DNA of 32,000 nt, taken from the NCBI RefSeq assembly GCF_043187495.1, contig NZ_CP171108.1. One strand, written 5' to 3'. Of this stretch, positions 27,740-32,000 are shown piece after piece. Source of the DNA: Cohnella sp. WGS1546. GTDB taxonomy: Bacteria > Bacillota > Bacilli > Paenibacillales > Paenibacillaceae. The notes under the pieces were generated by a model, which saw only the letters and a list, made by a program, of their open reading frames with translations, searched no databases and was not told where the DNA came from. The translations under genes were made by a program, and so were the position numbers. How positions within the stretch are numbered: position 1 is the stretch's first letter; each line of letters begins with the position of its first letter.

Positions 27740-27809
27740 TCTCCCAACCTCTTCTCTTTAAACATGCACAAATTTTCTGAATGTATGTGAATTCTTTTCA
27801 ATCAATTCA

Positions 27810-27838
27810 AGTATACCTTTCGCTAGTTTGAATCGCAA
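27810..27838 (-). promoter_or_regulatory. Candidate sigma-A promoter for the wzz-like gene/glycan operon
   Basis: On the minus strand, TTGCGA, a 17-nt spacer, then TATACT, about 70 nt upstream of the GTG. Motif-only call. Confidence 0.3.
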
Positions 27839-28027
27839 CCCGATATCAATTTCATTTTTTCTCAAATTTTCGACAACGTTTTTTTCTTTATATAATATTC
27901 GAAGACGGCATACCTCACATATTTTATTTTAGTTCCGTCGACAATTCCCTCGATTACCGAAACTTAACGCCCCGCTTAAACGTCTATATTTATAAGAATG
28001 ATTAGAGTTTTATCATAGGAGGTTGCC

Positions 28028-30130
28028 ATGAAAAGCAAAGCATTAAAAAATATCTCTAAGGTAACTTTAGCAACAGCACTCACAATCGGGATCGTAAGTC
28101 CTGATAATGTGGCATCAGCGGCTCAAGCGACTCAGAGTGCTAAGCCTTCAGCGATTAGCAAAAGCGTATTGGGCAAGGTTAATATCGACAGCAAAAGTTA
28201 TTTTGAACTTCACGATGTAAATCTGTTATCTGACTCGACCGGCAACACGGTATCCTTTAAGGTAACAATCCACAACAAAGGTAATAGCGATATTCAATTA
28301 ATCGATTATTGGATCTATTTGAAATCAAAGTCTGGCTCCAAATTCACGGTAAACCTTGTTCCAGAAGACAGAACCAAGGCTCGCGTTACTGCAAATTCTT
28401 CTCTTACTCTGACTTATTATTCAAATGTAAGCTCTCAGATCAAATTAACCGATCTTAAATTTGATTTTATTAAATGGGACTTCAGCGTTGCAAATTATGA
28501 ACGCACACTTGGATCCCTTTCGATTCCTTCTTCTTATCGCTCTTCAACCCCAGTTAATCAGAAAAGAAGCCTGTCTTTAGATGGAACGACGCTTCTAACA
28601 TCGATTGAGCGGGTTGTCATGAGCAAGACCGACAAATATTACAGACCTACTTTTAGTTTCAAGATCGAAAATACCGGAAAACAAAGCTTTACCGTCCCGG
28701 CATACGAATATAAGCTTATCACGGCTCAGGGGCTGGTTTATCCCCTTACCGTGGTCAAGGGCAAGGACGAGTTAGTCCTGAATCCGAAATTCTCCGAAAC
28801 GATTCAGTTGACAGGATCAGTTCCAGTTGATGTAGAGTTTTCAGGATGGACGCTTCTGGTGACTTTGCCCGTTGCTGAGACCAAAATTAGTATCCCTGTT
28901 TCTTCTTACGCTGTTCCACCAGTAAGTCAGCAGGATGACGCAACGATGGGCAAGGAATATGGTTTCTCTACCGCATCCGGGGATTATGTCGCTACTTTGA
29001 ATTCCGTTCACAGGCTTCCTTTGGAGGATAACGATATTCTGGCTGCAAATATTACATTATCTAATCCAGGGCCAGAGACCTTAAAGATTCCTGATCTGCT
29101 CGGCGAATTCGTTCTAGATCAGAACATCAAAGTCCCTGCTTCGGCAGTACGGTCAGATAAATCCATCGGTATACCGCCTAAATCAAGCGTTTCTTTACAA
29201 CTTTACGCTAACATTCCTTACAATTATGAGTTTACTGATATCAAAACCGTGCTTCAAGAGAAAGAAGAAGAGGACAAAGTTGCTGATCTACTTGAATTTA
29301 CTAGCAGTGCAAATTTCTCTTCGATCAAGACAGTTTCATCTAATGAGAAATATAAGTTCGATGTCGTAAATAAACGTGCTAATCTTTCTGTCCGGGATGT
29401 ATTCACATACGAGTCTGATTCATCGAATATAATCTCAGTCCAAATGATTGCCGATAATCTCGAGAAACGTTATTCTGATATTACTGCTTTAAATGCTTAC
29501 TTTCAGACAGATGATGGCACACTATATCCTGCTTCTGTACAAGTTTCCGAAAATAAAGTTGCCCCAGGTGGATCTGCTCTAATTAACTTTTGGAAGGGTG
29601 TTCCAAAAGAAATCGACGCAAATAAAGTTAAATTCGTCGTCGGTGAGGCCATAATTGGCGAAGATGGAAAACCGACAAGTAATTATGTTAATCCTGTCGG
29701 CTTTATTTTACCCCCCGAAGACATGACGATTGCTTCTGAACTAAATGACTTAAACTTCTATCCTTTTACGTTGTCTTTGAATCAAATTAATACACAAGTT
29801 GATTTGCCTACCGAAACCATTATAACAAAATTCAACTACGAGCTTAAACAGAACATTTTAATCCAGTCTAACACAGATGAACATAAGATTGTTTTTGAAA
29901 TTCTCGATGAAGACAACAAGCTTCAATTGTCCCAAGAATATCTGATCGGATCCGGAGAGAACTCTTTACTGGTCGGATCTCATGAGGAGAAATTCACTAA
30001 ATCCGGCAGTAATCTTTACTTTAAGTTGGAATCCATGAGATATTTCAACTTCAATGTTTATCACCAGTTTAATGGCCACAAAAAGCTGATTGCATCCAAA
30101 CAGGTTCGTTGGTTTACAACTACTGAGTGA
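28028..30130 (+). CDS. Secreted 700-aa protein with about four divergent beta-sandwich-like repeats, function unknown
   Basis: Signal peptide (KK...TLATALTIGIV...ASAAQA) and AGGAGG 5 nt before the ATG. A recurring pattern of the form F.V.I.N.G......Y.L....G..Y/F appears about 4 times. Confidence 0.85.
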   Translation: MKSKALKNISKVTLATALTIGIVSPDNVASAAQATQSAKPSAISKSVLGKVNIDSKSYFELHDVNLLSDSTGNTVSFKVTIHNKGNSDIQLIDYWIYLKSKSGSKFTVNLVPEDRTKARVTANSSLTLTYYSNVSSQIKLTDLKFDFIKWDFSVANYERTLGSLSIPSSYRSSTPVNQKRSLSLDGTTLLTSIERVVMSKTDKYYRPTFSFKIENTGKQSFTVPAYEYKLITAQGLVYPLTVVKGKDELVLNPKFSETIQLTGSVPVDVEFSGWTLLVTLPVAETKISIPVSSYAVPPVSQQDDATMGKEYGFSTASGDYVATLNSVHRLPLEDNDILAANITLSNPGPETLKIPDLLGEFVLDQNIKVPASAVRSDKSIGIPPKSSVSLQLYANIPYNYEFTDIKTVLQEKEEEDKVADLLEFTSSANFSSIKTVSSNEKYKFDVVNKRANLSVRDVFTYESDSSNIISVQMIADNLEKRYSDITALNAYFQTDDGTLYPASVQVSENKVAPGGSALINFWKGVPKEIDANKVKFVVGEAIIGEDGKPTSNYVNPVGFILPPEDMTIASELNDLNFYPFTLSLNQINTQVDLPTETIITKFNYELKQNILIQSNTDEHKIVFEILDEDNKLQLSQEYLIGSGENSLLVGSHEEKFTKSGSNLYFKLESMRYFNFNVYHQFNGHKKLIASKQVRWFTTTE

Positions 30131-30189
30131 TCGTATAGTTCAAATTTCAGACTCGATCTGCATTAAAAGGTTTTTACTATAATAAGGCT

Positions 30190-30226
30190 AAGGCCAGCCA
30201 GAACTATCTGGCTGGCCTTATTTATA
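30190..30226 (+). terminator. Intrinsic terminator of the 700-aa gene
   Basis: aaggccagccag-aactat-ctggctggcctt is a perfect 12-bp stem, followed by atttat. Confidence 0.7.
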
Positions 30227-30229
30227 CAG

Positions 30230-30960
30230 TGGGGAGTCTGAGAGGCGAAGCCCCTGGACTAAAGCGGATCTTTCACTAATCTCCATTGGCTTTGGCAGAG
30301 CCTTAGACCCTTTAGCCACTTAACCACTAACTGCTATACAAAACGATGATTAGTGGAAATCTGACGCCTCCTTACCTTTCTTTACCGAGAATTCCGCTGC
30401 AGAATCCCTTATTCGTTACTTACCAAAGTCTACAGACTAAACCTTAAGTCGAGTATGACAGACTCATCTAACTATGAGTCTCCGCCTTAGAACATCCATG
30501 ACGCACTTGTAACAGTCATAACCAACGACCCATCTAGTGGCTTCCAACCCCCATATTGGGACGTATAGCGGTTTGCAGATCGACTATCCTTTTAAGGAGT
30601 TCAAGGGATTTTTACTCTTAGCTGTAAGCTTCCCTGAGCCCCTAATCAGAGGGGTTTTATTATACAATCGAGTAGGCCTTGAATTTATTCATGTGCCCCT
30701 CACAGAACCGGTACGTGCGGACCATCGACAGCTCCTTCATGATTATCCTCACTGGGGATGTTGATCATCATTACTTCCGAAGCACAAACGTCTCGCACTA
30801 CCTCTGTAACTCCCACATCAACCAGCCTGTTCCGGTTTTTTCCCTTCAAGCCTCTGCACGTATCCTTAAGGACTACTCAGTGCCTGTTAAGTATGCACTT
30901 CCGGCCACCTGCGGTGTGCTCGGGTCTTTCACCCTTTAGTCGACACGCTGCCAAGGGCAT
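30230..30960 (-). other. ORF-free, strand-asymmetric ~730-nt region; candidate structured RNA or decayed retroelement/intron relic
   Basis: The minus strand is full of stops. The plus strand is pyrimidine-rich, with only three overlapping non-protein-like ORFs. Several perfect local hairpins are present, and 30705-30734 (minus) resembles group II intron domain V. Confidence 0.3.
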
Positions 30961-30994
30961 AAAAAAGAAGACCCCCGAAAGGGTCTTCTTTTTT
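30961..30994. terminator. Bidirectional intrinsic terminator
   Basis: aaaaaagaagaccc-ccgaaa-gggtcttctttttt has a perfect stem flanked by an A-run and a T-run. It lies 8 nt after the stop of the minus-strand surface-protein gene. Confidence 0.85.
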
Positions 30995-31002
30995 ATACTT
31001 TC

Positions 31003-32000
31003 TTAGTTCGGTGCAGGTGCGTTGATAACCGCAGTTACAGCAATTTGACCATTAGGAGCAGAAGCAGTCAACGTAAAGGATTGTACATCAGCTTGATTGC
31101 TAAATGTAATTGCACCTGCATGGTTAACTCTTACCCAACCGCCATTAGTTGCTTGAATATCAGAGATCGAATATCTGATACCCAGCACTGCATCGTAATC
31201 GGCAATCTCATCACCAGTGTACTCAGTGTTATAATTGTCTTTAACTTTGAGGTTCATGACTGTTGCAGCATCTGTCAGATCAGTCGTTTGCTTCGTCGCA
31301 TTCGCGCTCAAGCTTGCAACAGAAATCGGATCAGCTTTAACTTCTACTTCTTTGTAAAGCGTTTGAGATCCGCCATCCGCACGCTTATGCGTGATTGCGA
31401 TTTGCGTTTTACCCGCTCTGTTACCAAGGATGTCCGTCCTTTGATCCGTAACAACGATTCTGCTATCGCTAGAAGCTACGCCAGTGACATATCCGGCTGG
31501 CAGCGCAACTTTGTCGCCGGATCCGTCTTTAGCGGAAATCGATACTGTTCTTCTGTGCTTACTTTTCGTTTCATCATCAGCATCGCCATCCATTGCCGGA
31601 TCGTCGATTGCTGCGAACAGCGTATCGATACCGCCAATTTCATAAGTCAGTCTGGAGTTTCTGTCGATGACTCTCATTTCTTTCGTGAAGGAAGAAACGG
31701 CAGGATCGATTACGTCTCCAGGTGCACCGTTAGTCCAATGCAGTTTACGCAAGGAGATCTTCACTTTGTAATGATCATTTACAGCTGCGTCATGAGCAGC
31801 AGTAAAGTTCAGCGCGGTTTCATTCAGAACAGCACCGAGATCCAGGCTTTGACCCAGCGGAGCGGAGAACGAAACACCACCAAGTTGGCTTACAACTTCT
31901 ACATATACGTCGTACGTTACCGTTCTAGTGCTTTCACGAATTTCTCCGATTGCTCCGCTAATGTTATCACCGAATTGATCGATAGCTTTCAATTTCAGCG
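31003..32000 (-). CDS. 3' end of a large surface protein gene (S-layer-like or Ig-like-domain protein), 5'-truncated by the window edge
   Basis: The frame is open to the window edge. The listed M at 31992 is only an internal TTG. The product is Cys-free and Thr/Ala/Val/Asp/Asn-rich with a beta-strand periodicity. A strong terminator follows. The S-layer assignment is inference only. Confidence 0.8.
   Translation of the reverse strand, partial: LKLKAIDQFGDNISGAIGEIRESTRTVTYDVYVEVVSQLGGVSFSAPLGQSLDLGAVLNETALNFTAAHDAAVNDHYKVKISLRKLHWTNGAPGDVIDPAVSSFTKEMRVIDRNSRLTYEIGGIDTLFAAIDDPAMDGDADDETKSKHRRTVSISAKDGSGDKVALPAGYVTGVASSDSRIVVTDQRTDILGNRAGKTQIAITHKRADGGSQTLYKEVEVKADPISVASLSANATKQTTDLTDAATVMNLKVKDNYNTEYTGDEIADYDAVLGIRYSISDIQATNGGWVRVNHAGAITFSNQADVQSFTLTASAPNGQIAVTAVINAPAPN

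Noticed and set aside
30218-30286. A 22-codon minus-strand ORF (MEISERSALVQGLRLSDSPLYK)
   Set aside because: It has no RBS, overlaps the terminator stem of the 700-aa gene and has no recognisable features.
30230-30960. A complete, mobile group II intron
   Set aside because: There is no intron-encoded reverse transcriptase ORF. The 5' end is GUGUC rather than GUGYG. The DV-like motif has a shortened, poorly pairing stem and sits in the middle of the region rather than near its 3' end. Only a relic or unknown-RNA hypothesis is retained.
30537-31006. Three overlapping plus-strand ORFs of 75-86 aa
   Set aside because: They lie in three different frames and have no RBS. Their composition is not protein-like, and one runs through the bidirectional terminator. 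Their existence is explained by the pyrimidine-rich strand.

Overview
This 32-kb window looks like an endospore-forming Firmicute, possibly Paenibacillus-like. That guess rests on an alpha/beta SASP gene, the MetK sequence and gene context, and cannot be verified here. Almost all genes between 454 and 27739 are on the minus strand.

Left end: metK, a SASP gene and a GC-rich rmlC-rmlB-rmlD block with no rmlA.

4556-9310 is a recombination-scarred zone. A decayed ~0.4-kb copy and an intact ~0.7-kb copy of one block (small membrane-protein gene, terminator, rmlC leader) lie as direct repeats. Between them are two unrelated aminotransferase gene fragments and a low-GC, translationally coupled SDR / metallophosphoesterase / ATP-grasp cassette.

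9327-27739 is a Wzx/Wzy-type glycan locus of mixed base composition. It encodes a Wzy_C (O-antigen-ligase-like)-TPR protein, manC, three GT4 transferases, Wzy, a UDP-HexNAc-type dehydrogenase, Wzx, wecE- and wecF-like genes, a second rmlB, rmlA, a WbaP-type phosphoglycosyltransferase and a Wzz-like co-polymerase.

Right end: a divergently transcribed 700-aa secreted repeat protein, a ~730-nt ORF-free region between two terminators, and the 3' end of a large surface (S-layer-like) protein gene.

No rRNA, tRNA, CRISPR array, transposase or integrase was recognised. All homology statements come from reading the translated ORFs against remembered family motifs; no searches were run.
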